From Escherichia coli (GTDB lineage: Bacteria; Pseudomonadota; Gammaproteobacteria; Enterobacterales; Enterobacteriaceae): a stretch of 64,000 bases of DNA. The stretch is from the NCBI RefSeq assembly GCF_003991155.1, contig NZ_CP031293.1. One strand, 5' to 3'. The position numbers were made by a program, and so were the translations under genes. Positions 31,279 through 42,324 of the stretch are shown in pieces. Position 1 is the first letter of the stretch, and every line of letters begins with the position of its first letter. Under the pieces are notes generated by a model. The model did no database searches. It worked only from the letters and a program-made list of their open reading frames with translations, and was not told the DNA's origin.

Positions 31279-32976
31279 TTAGCGAATCATCGGTAATTTC
31301 AGACCATAGTTTTTGGCACATTCAATTGCCGCTTCATAACCCGCATCCGCATGACGCATAACCCCGGACGCACAGTCATTCACCAGCACACGCGCCAGAC
31401 GTTTTTCGGCTTCTTCGCTACCATCGGCAACAATAACCATCCCGGCGTGTTGTGAATACCCCATCCCGACGCCGCCGCCATGATGCAGGGATACCCACGT
31501 TGCTCCCCCTGCAGTGTTGAGCAAACCGTTGAGCAACGGCCAGTCAGAAACCGCATCACTGCCATCAAGCATGCTTTCGGTTTCGCGGTTCGGGCTGGCG
31601 ACAGAACCGGTATCAAGATGATCGCGCCCAATCACAATCGGTGCTTTTAGTTCACCGTTGCGCACCATTTCGTTGAATGCCAGCCCCGCCAGGTGACGCT
31701 CACCAAGCCCCAGCCAGCAAATACGTGAAGGAAGTCCCTGGAAGGCAATGCGCTCGCGCGCCATATCCAGCCAGCGATGCGTCAGTACGTTATTGGGGAA
31801 CAACTCTTTAATTTTGGCATCAGTTTTATAGATATCTTCCGGGTCGCCAGACAGCGCCACCCAACGGAATGGACCTTTGCCTTCACAAAACATTGGACGA
31901 ATATAAGCCGGAACAAAGCCCGGGAAATCAAAGGCATTTTGCAGACCTTCGTTGAAGGCCACCTGGCGGATGTTGTTGCCATAATCGACAACCGGGATCC
32001 CCATCGCCTGGAAGTCCAGCATCCCCTGAACATGTGCGACGCAGCTCTGTGCCGCTTCTTTTTGCAATCTGGCGTGTTGCTGTGGATCCTGCTGTGCAGC
32101 GCGCCATTGTTCTACGCTCCAGCCCATCGGTAGGTAGCCATAAACCAGATCGTGAGCGGAAGTCTGGTCGGTCACCAGATCCGGCTTGATCGCCCCCTGA
32201 CGTGCACGTTTCACCAGTTCAGGAACAATTTCCGCCGCATTGCCCAACAGCGCGATTGAAACAGCGTCTTTGCGCTCAGTATGGTATTTAATCAGCGCCA
32301 GTGCATCATCGAGATCTTTCGCTTGTTTATCGACATAACGGGTACGCAGACGGAAGTCGATGCTACTTTGCTGGCACTCGATATTTAATGAACACGCCCC
32401 CGCCAGAGTCGCCGCCAGCGGTTGTGCACCGCCCATACCACCTAGCCCTGCGGTCAGGATCCATTTTCCACTCAGCGAATTGTTGTAGTGCTGACGACCC
32501 GCTTCAACAAAGGTTTCGAACGTTCCCTGCACAATGCCCTGACTACCGATGTAGATCCACGAGCCAGCGGTCATCTGGCCGTACATGAACAGACCTTTAC
32601 GATCCAGTTCATTGAAATGATCCCAGTTGGCCCATTGCGGTACCAGGTTAGAGTTGGCAATCAATACGCGCGGCGCATCGGTATGCGTTTTAAACACGCC
32701 TACGGGTTTACCGGACTGAACCAGCAGTGACTCATCAGCTTCCAGATTTTTCAGTGATTCAAGGATTTTGTCAAAACACTCCCAGTTACGTGCCGCACGA
32801 CCAATACCACCATACACCACCAGATGCTGTGGATTTTCGGCAACGTCGGGATCAAGGTTGTTCTGCAACATCCGATAGGCAGCTTCGATCTGCCAGTTTT
32901 TGCAGTGCAGCTGCGTACCGTGTGGCGCATGGATTACACGGCTGGTATCAATACGCGGGTCTGAAGGCTTACTCAT
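31279..32976 (-). CDS. hutU: Urocanate hydratase (urocanase)
   Basis: ORF-track frame extends to 33075; start set to [11 protein letters not shown] (AGGAG SD). Near-collinear with canonical HutU (...[17 protein letters not shown]..., ...[15 protein letters not shown]..., ...[11 protein letters not shown]...). Confidence 0.9.
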   Translation of the reverse strand: MSKPSDPRIDTSRVIHAPHGTQLHCKNWQIEAAYRMLQNNLDPDVAENPQHLVVYGGIGRAARNWECFDKILESLKNLEADESLLVQSGKPVGVFKTHTDAPRVLIANSNLVPQWANWDHFNELDRKGLFMYGQMTAGSWIYIGSQGIVQGTFETFVEAGRQHYNNSLSGKWILTAGLGGMGGAQPLAATLAGACSLNIECQQSSIDFRLRTRYVDKQAKDLDDALALIKYHTERKDAVSIALLGNAAEIVPELVKRARQGAIKPDLVTDQTSAHDLVYGYLPMGWSVEQWRAAQQDPQQHARLQKEAAQSCVAHVQGMLDFQAMGIPVVDYGNNIRQVAFNEGLQNAFDFPGFVPAYIRPMFCEGKGPFRWVALSGDPEDIYKTDAKIKELFPNNVLTHRWLDMARERIAFQGLPSRICWLGLGERHLAGLAFNEMVRNGELKAPIVIGRDHLDTGSVASPNRETESMLDGSDAVSDWPLLNGLLNTAGGATWVSLHHGGGVGMGYSQHAGMVIVADGSEEAEKRLARVLVNDCASGVMRHADAGYEAAIECAKNYGLKLPMIR

Positions 32977-33733
32977 GAATCTTCTCCTGTTACTTGATAA
33001 AATTAAACGCTGTAATCGGTCAGAAAAAACGAACGAATGAATATAGAAACGGTTTCTATAATTCCCGTTTATCATTTTGTATTATTAATTCATTTAGTGA
33101 ATATTGTTTGTCGTGGTATATTCACTATGAATATAAATTCAAAACCACCAACGCGTTGTATGCGAATTCAATATGCTTAATTTAACTTGTCGAAAAAGTG
33201 ATATTGTTGGCAAAATATTTTCTAATTTGAACATATGAATATGATGAGATTGCAAGATGTCAGTAATTTAATTATATGAGAAATGCGTTAATAACGACCA
33301 GATATTAGCGTAACAACAGGTGTTCCGACACCACACAGTGCGCATAACACAATGATATTTAAAATAAGATCTTCATTATTCGTCATAAAGACATGTTTTA
33401 TTATCATTAATAATCCATTTGTTTTCATCCCACTTTTGATAATTAAAAAACGGCAACAATGGATAGTTACCCGACGTAAAAACAGGCGTAAAAATAAATC
33501 TTAAAATATATCCACTGGAAATTATCATTTTTCATATTTTACAATCTGGCGTCGATAACTGACCCCTTTTATAACACCCCCGTTTGTTAATAGTCTTTTT
33601 TATCTTGTATTGATCGTCATTGCTGCATACACTACGCGCGTTTTCTTTCCCTTTTGCTGGCTGCTGACCGGAAAGACAAAATTACCCTCGCAATAAAGGG
33701 GGTTGTTTAACGTCTATATTTCAGGACAGCGTT

Positions 33734-35131
33734 ATGCATCATCTTTCAAGGCTTGATAAAGCCTTTCTGCGCAAAGGGATCCAACTTTCCCGCGCCAACA
33801 ATATTGTTTCATTATGTCGTCCATCAGGAGCCAGTGCCCACGTACTGCTGCCGGACGAACTGCCGCTGGAAGAAAAAGCAGTGACACAACTGCTTGATTT
33901 TGCAGAAGTGAAGATACCAGACCATCCAGGTTACGTACGCCAGACCTGTGCGACGCCAGATTTTCATCCCGGCAATGGCGTCCCCGTTGGCGCGGTAGTC
34001 GCCTCTACGCCGGATTTAGTCATTCCTGCGGCCATCGGCACCGATATTTCTTGTGGCATGCGGCTGCTGACGACCGGATTAACACTTGAGCAAGCCGAAG
34101 CGAATAAAGAAATAATCACTCAGCGGTTAACACAAGTGTTACTGCAAAATGAGCGCGATGTTCCGTTATCCGCACGAGCGTTCACCGCGCTTTTTGATGG
34201 CGGACCGGCAGATTGCATGTCGGCCTTGCCATCAGCAGGTCTCTGGACACGTACAAATATCCCCCGAATGACGCAAGAGATTGACCGCTGCATTGGGCTT
34301 AACGAGCATAACAGTCATTCGCGTTATGCCCCACCCGCCCTACTGGTAACGGACCGCCCATTACTCCGCGATCCTTGTCTTGGTACGCCGGGTTCAGGTA
34401 ATCATTTTATTGAACTTCAGGTGGTTGATAGCGTGGTTGATCGCCATGTTGCCTGGCAACAAGGGCTGAAAACGGGCGATATTGTGGTGATGATCCACAG
34501 TGGATCGCGAGATGTTGGCTTTTACGTCGGAAGACGCTGGATGGATCGCGCCCGTGCTGAATGGCCCACCGGACATAAACATCCACAAAGCGGGTTATAT
34601 GGCCTGGCAGGCGGACTGGCGGAGGAATATCTACAAGCGATGGGAATGGCGGCGCGTTACGCGTGGTTAAATCGCGTCACAATTGCCGAAATGGTGCGCG
34701 TATGTCTTGCCAATCTCTTTCATCAGGACAATTCGCATCTGGTGGTGGATGTGCCGCATAACATCATCCTTCGCGAGCATGAAATGAATATTCATCGCAA
34801 AGGTGCAACACCGGCACGCGCGGGCAATCTGGCGTTAATCCCCGGTTCAATGGGCGATTATTCGTGGCTTGCAGTCGGTTGCGGCAACCCGGAGTGGCTG
34901 TGGTCTTGCAGTCACGGAGCAGGACGCAGCCAGCGTCGGCAGGCCATGCACTCACGCGCGACTGAAGAGTCAACGTTGCCGTGGCAATGCGTCACATTGC
35001 GCGAAGAACGGCGTATTGAAGAAGCGCCAGCTGCTTATAAAGATATTGGTCCGGTTATCGAAGCCCAACAAGAGGCCGGATTAATTCATCCAGCGGTTAG
35101 ATTCCGACCGTGGTTAACGTTTAAGGCATAA
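33734..35131 (+). CDS. RtcB-family RNA ligase paralogue with about 35-55 residue N-terminal extension
   Basis: 465-aa ORF with RtcB signatures by eye: IPAAIGTDISCGMRLL, GSGNHFIELQ, MIHSGSRDVG, ALIPGSMGDYSW, SCSHGAGRSQRR, AYKDIGPVIEAQ. Confidence 0.85.
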   Translation: MHHLSRLDKAFLRKGIQLSRANNIVSLCRPSGASAHVLLPDELPLEEKAVTQLLDFAEVKIPDHPGYVRQTCATPDFHPGNGVPVGAVVASTPDLVIPAAIGTDISCGMRLLTTGLTLEQAEANKEIITQRLTQVLLQNERDVPLSARAFTALFDGGPADCMSALPSAGLWTRTNIPRMTQEIDRCIGLNEHNSHSRYAPPALLVTDRPLLRDPCLGTPGSGNHFIELQVVDSVVDRHVAWQQGLKTGDIVVMIHSGSRDVGFYVGRRWMDRARAEWPTGHKHPQSGLYGLAGGLAEEYLQAMGMAARYAWLNRVTIAEMVRVCLANLFHQDNSHLVVDVPHNIILREHEMNIHRKGATPARAGNLALIPGSMGDYSWLAVGCGNPEWLWSCSHGAGRSQRRQAMHSRATEESTLPWQCVTLREERRIEEAPAAYKDIGPVIEAQQEAGLIHPAVRFRPWLTFKA

Positions 35132-35229
35132 AAAAAGGCCATCATATGATGGCCAACCATGTCGAAACCGACAGCCCTTCGCCATTCCTGTAGAGGGAAG
35201 CGGCGAGGGCTATTTCTTATTACAGATAT
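35132..35229 (-). ncRNA. sdhX: sucD 3'UTR, expected position of the SdhX (RybD) small RNA, ending in an intrinsic terminator
   Basis: About 98 nt between the sucD stop and a GGCCATCATATGATGGCC hairpin (35137..35154) followed on the minus strand by a U-run. SdhX is known to be processed from the sucD 3'UTR; its sequence was not verified here. Confidence 0.5.
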
Positions 35230-36099
35230 TTATTTCAGAACAGTTTTCAGTGCTTCACCGATATCCGCCAGGCTGCGAACGGTTTTCACGCCTGCGGCTT
35301 CCAGAGCAGCGAATTTCTCATCCGCAGTCCCTTTCCCACCGGCAATGATCGCACCTGCGTGACCCATACGTTTGCCTTTCGGCGCAGTCACACCAGCGAT
35401 GTAACCTACAACTGGCTTGGTAACGTGCTCTTTGATGTATGCAGCCGCTTCTTCTTCAGCGCTACCACCGATCTCACCGATCATCACGATCGCTTCGGTC
35501 TGCGGATCTTTTTCGAACATTTCGAGGATGTCGATAAAGTTAGAGCCAGGGATCGGGTCGCCGCCGATACCAACACAGGTCGACTGACCGAAACCGTAAT
35601 CCGTGGTCTGTTTAACCGCTTCATAGGTCAGTGTACCGGAACGGGAAACGATACCCACTTTACCCGGTTTGTGAATGTGACCAGGCTGGATACCGATTTT
35701 GCATTCACCCGGAGTGATAACGCCCGGGCAGTTCGGGCCGATCATGCGAACGCCCGCTTCATCCAGTTTCACCTTCACGGTCAGCATATCCAGCGTCGGG
35801 ATGCCTTCAGTGATGGTGATAATCAGTTTGATGCCTGCATCAATAGCTTCCAGAATGGAGTCTTTGCAGAACGGTGCTGGTACGTAGATAACAGAAGCGG
35901 TAGCGCCAGTAGCAGCAACAGCTTCACGCACGGTGTTGAACACCGGCAGGCCGAGGTGGGTGGTGCCGCCTTTACCTGGGGTTACGCCGCCAACCATTTT
36001 AGTGCCGTATGCAATAGCCTGTTCTGAGTGGAAAGTCCCCTGGCTACCGGTAAAGCCCTGGCAGATAACCTTGGTGTTTTTATCAATTAAAATGGACAT
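35230..36099 (-). CDS. sucD: Succinyl-CoA synthetase alpha subunit
   Basis: 289-aa ORF matching E. coli SucD. Confidence 0.95.
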
Positions 36100-37265
36100 T
36101 ATTTCCCCTCCACTGCGGCAACAACCTGCTGAGCTGCATCCGTCAGACCTTTTGCTGCAATAATATTCAGGCCGCTGTCAGCCAGTTTCTTCGCGCCGAG
36201 TTCGGCGTTGTTACCTTCCAGACGTACCACGACCGGTACGTTAACACCCACTTCCGCTACCGCGCCGATGATACCGTCAGCGATCAGGTCGCAACGAACG
36301 ATACCGCCGAAGATGTTAACCAGAACGGCTTTCACTTTGTCGTCAGAGAGGATGATTTTGAACGCTTCGGTTACGCGCTCTTTGGTTGCGCCGCCGCCAA
36401 CGTCCAGGAAGTTAGCTGGTTCGCCGCCGTGCAGTTTAACGATGTCCATGGTGCCCATCGCCAGGCCTGCGCCGTTAACCATACAACCGATGTTACCGTC
36501 CAGCGCAACGTAGTTCAGTTCCCACTGTGCAGCCTGTGCTTCACGCGGATCTTCCTGCGACTGGTCACGCATTTCGCGCAGATCAGGCTGGCGGAACAGT
36601 GCGTTGCCATCAGCGCCCAGTTTGCCGTCGAGGCAAATCAGATCGCCCTGTTTGGTGATGACCAGCGGGTTGATTTCGATCAGCGCCAGGTCGCGCTCCA
36701 GGAAAATGGTCGCCAGGCCCATGAAGATTTTGGTGAACTGCTGAACCAGTTTACCTTCCAGACCCAGTTTGAACGCCAGCTCGCGTCCCTGATACGGCAT
36801 CGGGCCAGTCAGCGGATCAAGCGCAACTTTGTGGATCAGGTGCGGAGTTTCTTCCGCCACTTTTTCGATTTCCACGCCGCCTTCGGTGGAGGCCATAAAG
36901 ACCACGCGACGTGAACTACGGTCTACAACGGCACCGAGATACAGCTCTTTAGCGATATCGGTCGCTGCTTCAACCAGAATCTGGTTAACCGGTTGGCCAT
37001 TGGCATCTGTTTGATACGTTACCAGACGCTTGCCCAGCCAGTTTTCTGCAAAAGCACGGATGTCTTCTTTGCTGTTTACCACTTTCACACCGCCCGCTTT
37101 ACCGCGGCCACCAGCGTGAACCTGACATTTCACTACCCACGGACCGGCACCGATTTTTGAAGCGGCTTCTTCTGCTTCGCGCGGAGTAGTACAGGCATAA
37201 CCCACCGGTGCTGGTAAGCCATAGCGGGCAAAAAGTTGTTTTGCCTGATATTCATGTAAGTTCAT
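36099..37265 (-). CDS. sucC: Succinyl-CoA synthetase beta subunit
   Basis: 388-aa ORF matching E. coli SucC. Confidence 0.95.
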
Positions 37266-37358
37266 GTGTTCTGTCCATCCTTCAGTAATCGTTATCTTTT
37301 AAACCGTAGACCGACACCCTATCCACGTCGGTCTACAGTGCAGGTGAAACTTAAACTA

Positions 37359-38576
37359 CTACACGTCCAGCAGCAGACGCGTCGGATCTTCCAGCAACTC
37401 TTTGATCGTTACCAGGAAGCCCACGGATTCGCGACCATCGATCAGACGGTGATCGTAGGACAGCGCCAGGTACATCATCGGCAGGATCTCAACCTGACCA
37501 TTCACCGCCATCGGACGATCTTTGATAGCGTGCATACCCAGAATTGCGCTCTGCGGCGGGTTGATGATCGGCGTAGACATCAGGGAACCGAACACACCAC
37601 CGTTGGTGATGGTGAAGTTACCACCGGTCAGATCTTCAACCGTCAGCTTGCCGTCACGGCCTTTAACTGCCAGCTCTTTAATTTTCTTCTCAATGTCTGC
37701 CATACCGAGGGTATCGACATCACGCAGTACCGGCGTCACCAGGCCGCGCGGCGTAGAAACCGCCATGCTGACGTCGAAATAGTTGTGGTAAACCACGTCA
37801 TCGCCGTCGATAGAAGCATTCACTTCCGGGTAACGTTTCAGGGCTTCAACCACCGCTTTCACGTAGAAGGACATAAAGCCCAGACGGATGCCGTGGCGTT
37901 TTTCAAACGCTTCACCGTACTGCTTACGCAGATCCATAATCGGCTTCATGTTGACTTCGTTGAACGTGGTCAGCATGGCGGTGGAGTTTTTCGCTTCCAG
38001 CAGACGCTCTGCCACACGCTTACGCAGGCGAGTCATCGGCACACGTTTTTCGCTACGTGCAGCCAGGGCCGGTTGCGCCGCCGGAGCAGCCGCTGCCGGA
38101 GCAGACTCTTTCGCCGGGGCTTTCGCCAGATGTTTTTCCACATCTTCACGGGTCAGACGACCACCTACACCGGTGCCTTTAATGGCGCTGGCATCAAGAT
38201 TGTGTTCAGCCAGCAGGCGACGGATCGCCGGGCTTAAAGCATCGTTGTTTTGCTCTTCCAGAGACGCCTGCTGGCGTTGCGCCGGAGTGGACGCTTTCTC
38301 TTCAGATTTGGCGCTGGTTTCTTTACCGGCGCTGTTGCCTTCACGCAGGCGACCAAGGATCTGACGAGACGTTACCGTTGTACCTTCATCTTCCAGAACC
38401 GCATCCAGAATGCCGTCTGCTGATGCCGGTACTTCCAGTACCACTTTGTCAGTTTCGATTTCTACCAGCACTTCATCACGTACGACTGCGTCGCCGGGTT
38501 TTTTATGCCAGGTTGCGACGGTGGCATCGGCTACGGATTCAGGCAGGTCAGGGACCAGAATATCTACGCTACTCAT
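37359..38576 (-). CDS. sucB: 2-Oxoglutarate dehydrogenase E2 (dihydrolipoyllysine-residue succinyltransferase)
   Basis: 405-aa ORF matching E. coli SucB (lipoyl domain, Ala/Pro linker, catalytic domain). Confidence 0.95.
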
Positions 38577-38590
38577 TGTGTATCCTTTAT

Positions 38591-41392
38591 TTATTCGACG
38601 TTCAGCGCGTCATTAACCAGATCTTGTTGCTGTTTCTGGTGAACGGACATATACCCTACCGCCGGAGAGGCGGAGGCCGGGCGGCCTGCATAACGCAGAG
38701 AAGCCCCAAACGGAATCACTTCACGGAAATGATGCTGGCTGCAGTACCATGCGCCCTGATTGAGCGGCTCTTCCTGGCACCAGACAAAATCCTTGACGTG
38801 AGCAAACTGCTGCAACACTTCCTGCATCGCTTTATGCGGGAACGGGTAGAGTTGCTCGATACGCACAATGGCGACATCGTGTTGATTGTTCTTACGACGC
38901 TGTTCCAGCAGGTCGTAATAAACCTTACCAGAACACATCACTACGCGCTTCACGCCCTTCGGATCAAGCTCGTCGATTTCACCGATGGCTGGCAGGAAGG
39001 TGCCGTTCGCCAGTTCTTCGAGGCTGGAAACCGCCAGCGGATGACGCAGCAGGGATTTCGGCGACATCACGACCAGCGGACGACGCATCCCGCGCAGCGC
39101 CTGACGACGCAGCATGTGGTAAACCTGTGCCGGGGTAGACGGTACGCACACCTGCATGTTTTGCTCAGCGCAAAGTTGCAGATAACGTTCCAGACGCGCG
39201 GAGGAGTGCTCCGGCCCCTGCCCTTCGTAACCGTGCGGCAGCAACATCACCAGACCACACATCCGGCCCCATTTCTGCTCGCCAGAGGAGATGAACTGGT
39301 CGATAACCACCTGAGCACCGTTGGCGAAGTCACCGAATTGCGCTTCCCAGATAGTCAGAGTGCGTGGTTCTGCGGTGGCATAACCGTATTCAAACGCCAG
39401 TACGGCTTCTTCAGACAGTACGGAGTCCCAGACACGGAACGCGCCCTGGCCGTTATGGATGTGTTGCAGCGGCGTGTAAGTGGAACCGTTAGACTGGTTG
39501 TGGATCACCGCGTGGCGGTGGAAGAAGGTACCGCGACCGGAGTCTTCACCCGACAGGCGAACCGGAATGCCTTCGTCAACCAGCGTGGCGTAAGCGAGGT
39601 TTTCCGCGCCGCCCCAGTCGAACAGTTTCTCACCAGCAGCCATCGCCTGGCGATCGCCATAAATCTTGGCAACGCGAGACTGCATTTCAACTGCTTCCGG
39701 CACCGTGCTGATGCGTTTAGCCAGTTCCTGCAGGCGCTTCATCTCAACTTTGTTCGGGTACTCTTCGTCCCATTCGTGGTTGAGGTACGGCGACCAGGTG
39801 AAAGAGTGCATGTTCATCGGACGCCACTCTGCTACAACGCAATCGCCAGCATCCAGCGCATCGCGGTACAGGTTAACCATCTCGGTGGCATCTTCCAGCG
39901 TCGCGACTTTTTCCTGCTCCAGCTTGTCAGCATAGATTTTGCGCGGCGTCGGATGTTTTTTGATTTTCTGATACATCAGCGGCTGGGTTGCGCTCGGCTC
40001 GTCGGCTTCGTTGTGGCCGTGACGGCGGTAGCACACCAGGTCGATGAAGACATCACGTTTAAAGGTGTTACGGAAATCGAGCGCCAGACGGGTCACAAAG
40101 GCAACGGCTTCCGGATCATCCGCGTTTACGTGGAAAATCGGTGCCTGAACCATCTTACCGATATCAGTACAGTACGGTGTAGAACGAGCATCCAGCGGAT
40201 TAGAGGTGGTGAAGCCAACCTGGTTGTTGATAACGATACGTACCGTACCGCCAACTTCATAACCACGCGCTTTCGACATGTTCAGGGTTTCCTGAACCAC
40301 GCCCTGCCCGGTCACTGCGGCGTCACCGTGGATGGTGATTGGCAGCACTTTGTTGCTGCTCGGCTCATCGAGTCTGTCCAGACGGGCACGAACAGAACCG
40401 ATAACTACCGGGCTGACAATCTCAAGGTGAGACGGGTTAAACGCCAGCGCCAGGTGCACCAGGCCGCCATCGGTCTGGAAGTCAGACGAGAAGCCCATGT
40501 GGTATTTCACGTCGCCCGTGCCGAGGTGTTCTTTATGTTTACCGGCAAACTCGTCGAACAAGTCTTGCGGTTTTTTACCCAGCACGTTCACCAGCACGTT
40601 CAGACGACCACGGTGCGCCATCCCGAGAACCACTTCGCGGGTGCCGCTGTTGCCAGCGTGGCGGATCATCTCTTTAAGCATCGGGATTAACGCGTCACCG
40701 CCTTCCAGCGAGAAGCGTTTTGCGCCAGGGAATTTTGCGCCGAGGTAACGTTCAAGGCCTTCAGCGGCGGTCAGTTCGCTTAAGAAGCGTTTTTTCTCTT
40801 CGCTATTGAAAGTCGCGCGACCAGACTCGATACGCTGTTGGATCCAGCGTTTTTCTTCGGTGCTGGTGATGTGCATATACTCGGCACCAATCGGGCCGCA
40901 GTAGGTTTGCTTGAGGGCTTCCAGCAGCTCGCCGAGTTTCATGGTTTCTTTGCCGCTGGCAAATGAACCGACGTTGAAGGTCTCCTGGAAGTCTGCTTCG
41001 GTCAGATCGTGGAAAGACGGATCCAGATCGGCCACTTTATCTTGCTGCCACAGTCCCAGCGGATCGAGATTCGCATGCTGGTGACCACGGAAGCGGTATG
41101 CGTTAATGAGCTGCAGGACTTTAACCTGCTTCACATTGGTGTCAGGGTCGGAGATCGTTGAAGAGTAACGTGAAGCGTCTTTCGCCAGGCGGCGGAAATA
41201 TTCACGCGTTTGAGAGTGGAATTGATCCGGTTTGACTCCCGTACCAGGTAACTGCTGGAACGTCGAACGCCAGTTAGCGTCAACCGAGTCAGGATCGGTT
41301 AAGAAGTCTTCATAGAGCTGTTCTATCCAGCTCTGGTTTGCGCCAGAGAGGTAAGAAGAGTCCAACCAGGCTTTCAAAGCGCTGTTCTGCAT
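38591..41392 (-). CDS. sucA: 2-Oxoglutarate dehydrogenase E1 component
   Basis: 933-aa ORF matching E. coli SucA. Confidence 0.95.
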   Translation of the reverse strand: MQNSALKAWLDSSYLSGANQSWIEQLYEDFLTDPDSVDANWRSTFQQLPGTGVKPDQFHSQTREYFRRLAKDASRYSSTISDPDTNVKQVKVLQLINAYRFRGHQHANLDPLGLWQQDKVADLDPSFHDLTEADFQETFNVGSFASGKETMKLGELLEALKQTYCGPIGAEYMHITSTEEKRWIQQRIESGRATFNSEEKKRFLSELTAAEGLERYLGAKFPGAKRFSLEGGDALIPMLKEMIRHAGNSGTREVVLGMAHRGRLNVLVNVLGKKPQDLFDEFAGKHKEHLGTGDVKYHMGFSSDFQTDGGLVHLALAFNPSHLEIVSPVVIGSVRARLDRLDEPSSNKVLPITIHGDAAVTGQGVVQETLNMSKARGYEVGGTVRIVINNQVGFTTSNPLDARSTPYCTDIGKMVQAPIFHVNADDPEAVAFVTRLALDFRNTFKRDVFIDLVCYRRHGHNEADEPSATQPLMYQKIKKHPTPRKIYADKLEQEKVATLEDATEMVNLYRDALDAGDCVVAEWRPMNMHSFTWSPYLNHEWDEEYPNKVEMKRLQELAKRISTVPEAVEMQSRVAKIYGDRQAMAAGEKLFDWGGAENLAYATLVDEGIPVRLSGEDSGRGTFFHRHAVIHNQSNGSTYTPLQHIHNGQGAFRVWDSVLSEEAVLAFEYGYATAEPRTLTIWEAQFGDFANGAQVVIDQFISSGEQKWGRMCGLVMLLPHGYEGQGPEHSSARLERYLQLCAEQNMQVCVPSTPAQVYHMLRRQALRGMRRPLVVMSPKSLLRHPLAVSSLEELANGTFLPAIGEIDELDPKGVKRVVMCSGKVYYDLLEQRRKNNQHDVAIVRIEQLYPFPHKAMQEVLQQFAHVKDFVWCQEEPLNQGAWYCSQHHFREVIPFGASLRYAGRPASASPAVGYMSVHQKQQQDLVNDALNVE

Positions 41393-41561
41393 CGTGATCC
41401 CTTAAGCATCTTTTTTATGCTTACTTCGCCGTGGATACTACCACGCACAGTGATGTGCGTGCCGGGGTTCACTTGCGAGCTCTTGTCTACGTAGTGGCTC
41501 GCGAAGGAACCTTTAAAAACTGTCTTAGTGTCAGGGGCAGTTTTTAAAGATTTCCTGAATA

Positions 41562-41581
41562 GCCGGGGGATTTCCCCGGCA
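41562..41581 (-). other. GC-rich hairpin (agccggggga-tttccccggc) in the sdhB-sucA intergenic region; possible attenuating/processing structure within the sdh-suc transcript
   Basis: Inverted repeat seen directly, 12 nt downstream of the sdhB stop on the transcribed strand; function not established from sequence. Confidence 0.3.
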
Positions 41582-41592
41582 TCAACATTTAA

Positions 41593-42309
41593 TTACGCAT
41601 TACGTTGCAACAACATCGACTTGATATGGCCGATGGCGCGCGTCGGGTTCAGCCCCTTCGGACATACACTGACGCAGTTCATGATGCTGTGACAGCGGAA
41701 TACACTGAATGCATCGCTCAAACCGTCGAGGCGGCTGTCAGTCTCGGTATCACGGCTATCGATCAGGAAACGATATGCCGCTAACAAGCCTGCCGGGCCG
41801 ATAAACTTATCGGGATTCCACCAGAAAGACGGACAAGAGGTTGAACAACATGCGCAGAGAATACATTCATACAACCCGTCGAGTTTTTCGCGCTGCTCTG
41901 GCATCTGTAAATGCTCGCGAGCTGGCGGATTTTGTCCATTATTCAACAGGTAAGGCTTAATTTTCTCATATTGCGCATAGAATTGTCCCATGTCTACCAC
42001 CAAATCGCGGATCACCGGTAAACCTGGCAGCGGGCGAATCACAATCTTCTTGCCCGGCTGGTTGAGTGCCGAAATCGGGGTAATACAGGCCAGACCATTC
42101 TTGCCGTTCATGTTCAGACCGTCGGAACCGCACACACCTTCGCGGCAGGAGCGGCGGAACGACAGGCTGGGATCTTTCTCTTTCAGCTGGATAAGCGCAT
42201 CCAGCAGCATCATGTCGCGACCTTCTTCCGCTTCCAGGGTGTAATCCTGCATACGCGGAGCATCATCAACATCCGGGTTATAGCGATAAATTGAAAACTC
42301 GAGTCTCAT
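41593..42309 (-). CDS. sdhB: Succinate dehydrogenase iron-sulfur subunit
   Basis: 238-aa ORF matching E. coli SdhB (Cys clusters for the 2Fe-2S, 4Fe-4S and 3Fe-4S centres). Confidence 0.95.
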   Translation of the reverse strand: MRLEFSIYRYNPDVDDAPRMQDYTLEAEEGRDMMLLDALIQLKEKDPSLSFRRSCREGVCGSDGLNMNGKNGLACITPISALNQPGKKIVIRPLPGLPVIRDLVVDMGQFYAQYEKIKPYLLNNGQNPPAREHLQMPEQREKLDGLYECILCACCSTSCPSFWWNPDKFIGPAGLLAAYRFLIDSRDTETDSRLDGLSDAFSVFRCHSIMNCVSVCPKGLNPTRAIGHIKSMLLQRNA

Positions 42310-42324
42310 TTTCCTGTCTCCGCA

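Noticed and set aside
32977-33075. N-terminal 33-codon extension of the hutU ORF ([33 protein letters not shown])
   Set aside because: Extends into AT-rich promoter DNA; the internal ATG at 32976 has an AGGAG SD and aligns with the canonical urocanase N-terminus.
33076-33733. Possible prfH-like partner gene for the RtcB paralogue
   Set aside because: No ORF of suitable size (about 200 aa) on either strand in the region; only a 63-aa AT-rich ORF (32994..33185) with no release-factor motifs.
11186-35131. Integrase, transposase, IS element or prophage genes marking the island as a mobile element
   Set aside because: None of the ORFs in or flanking the island resemble recombinases or phage structural proteins by eye; the island is reported as accessory DNA of unknown insertion mechanism rather than as a mobile element.
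35359-38237. Plus-strand ORFs of 222 aa, 161 aa and 323 aa
   Set aside because: Antisense to sucD, sucC and sucB; no homology recognised; spurious.
38378-40690. 770-aa plus-strand ORF
   Set aside because: Entirely antisense to sucA; Arg/His/Val-rich composition with no recognisable domains; an artefact of GC-rich coding DNA read on the opposite strand.
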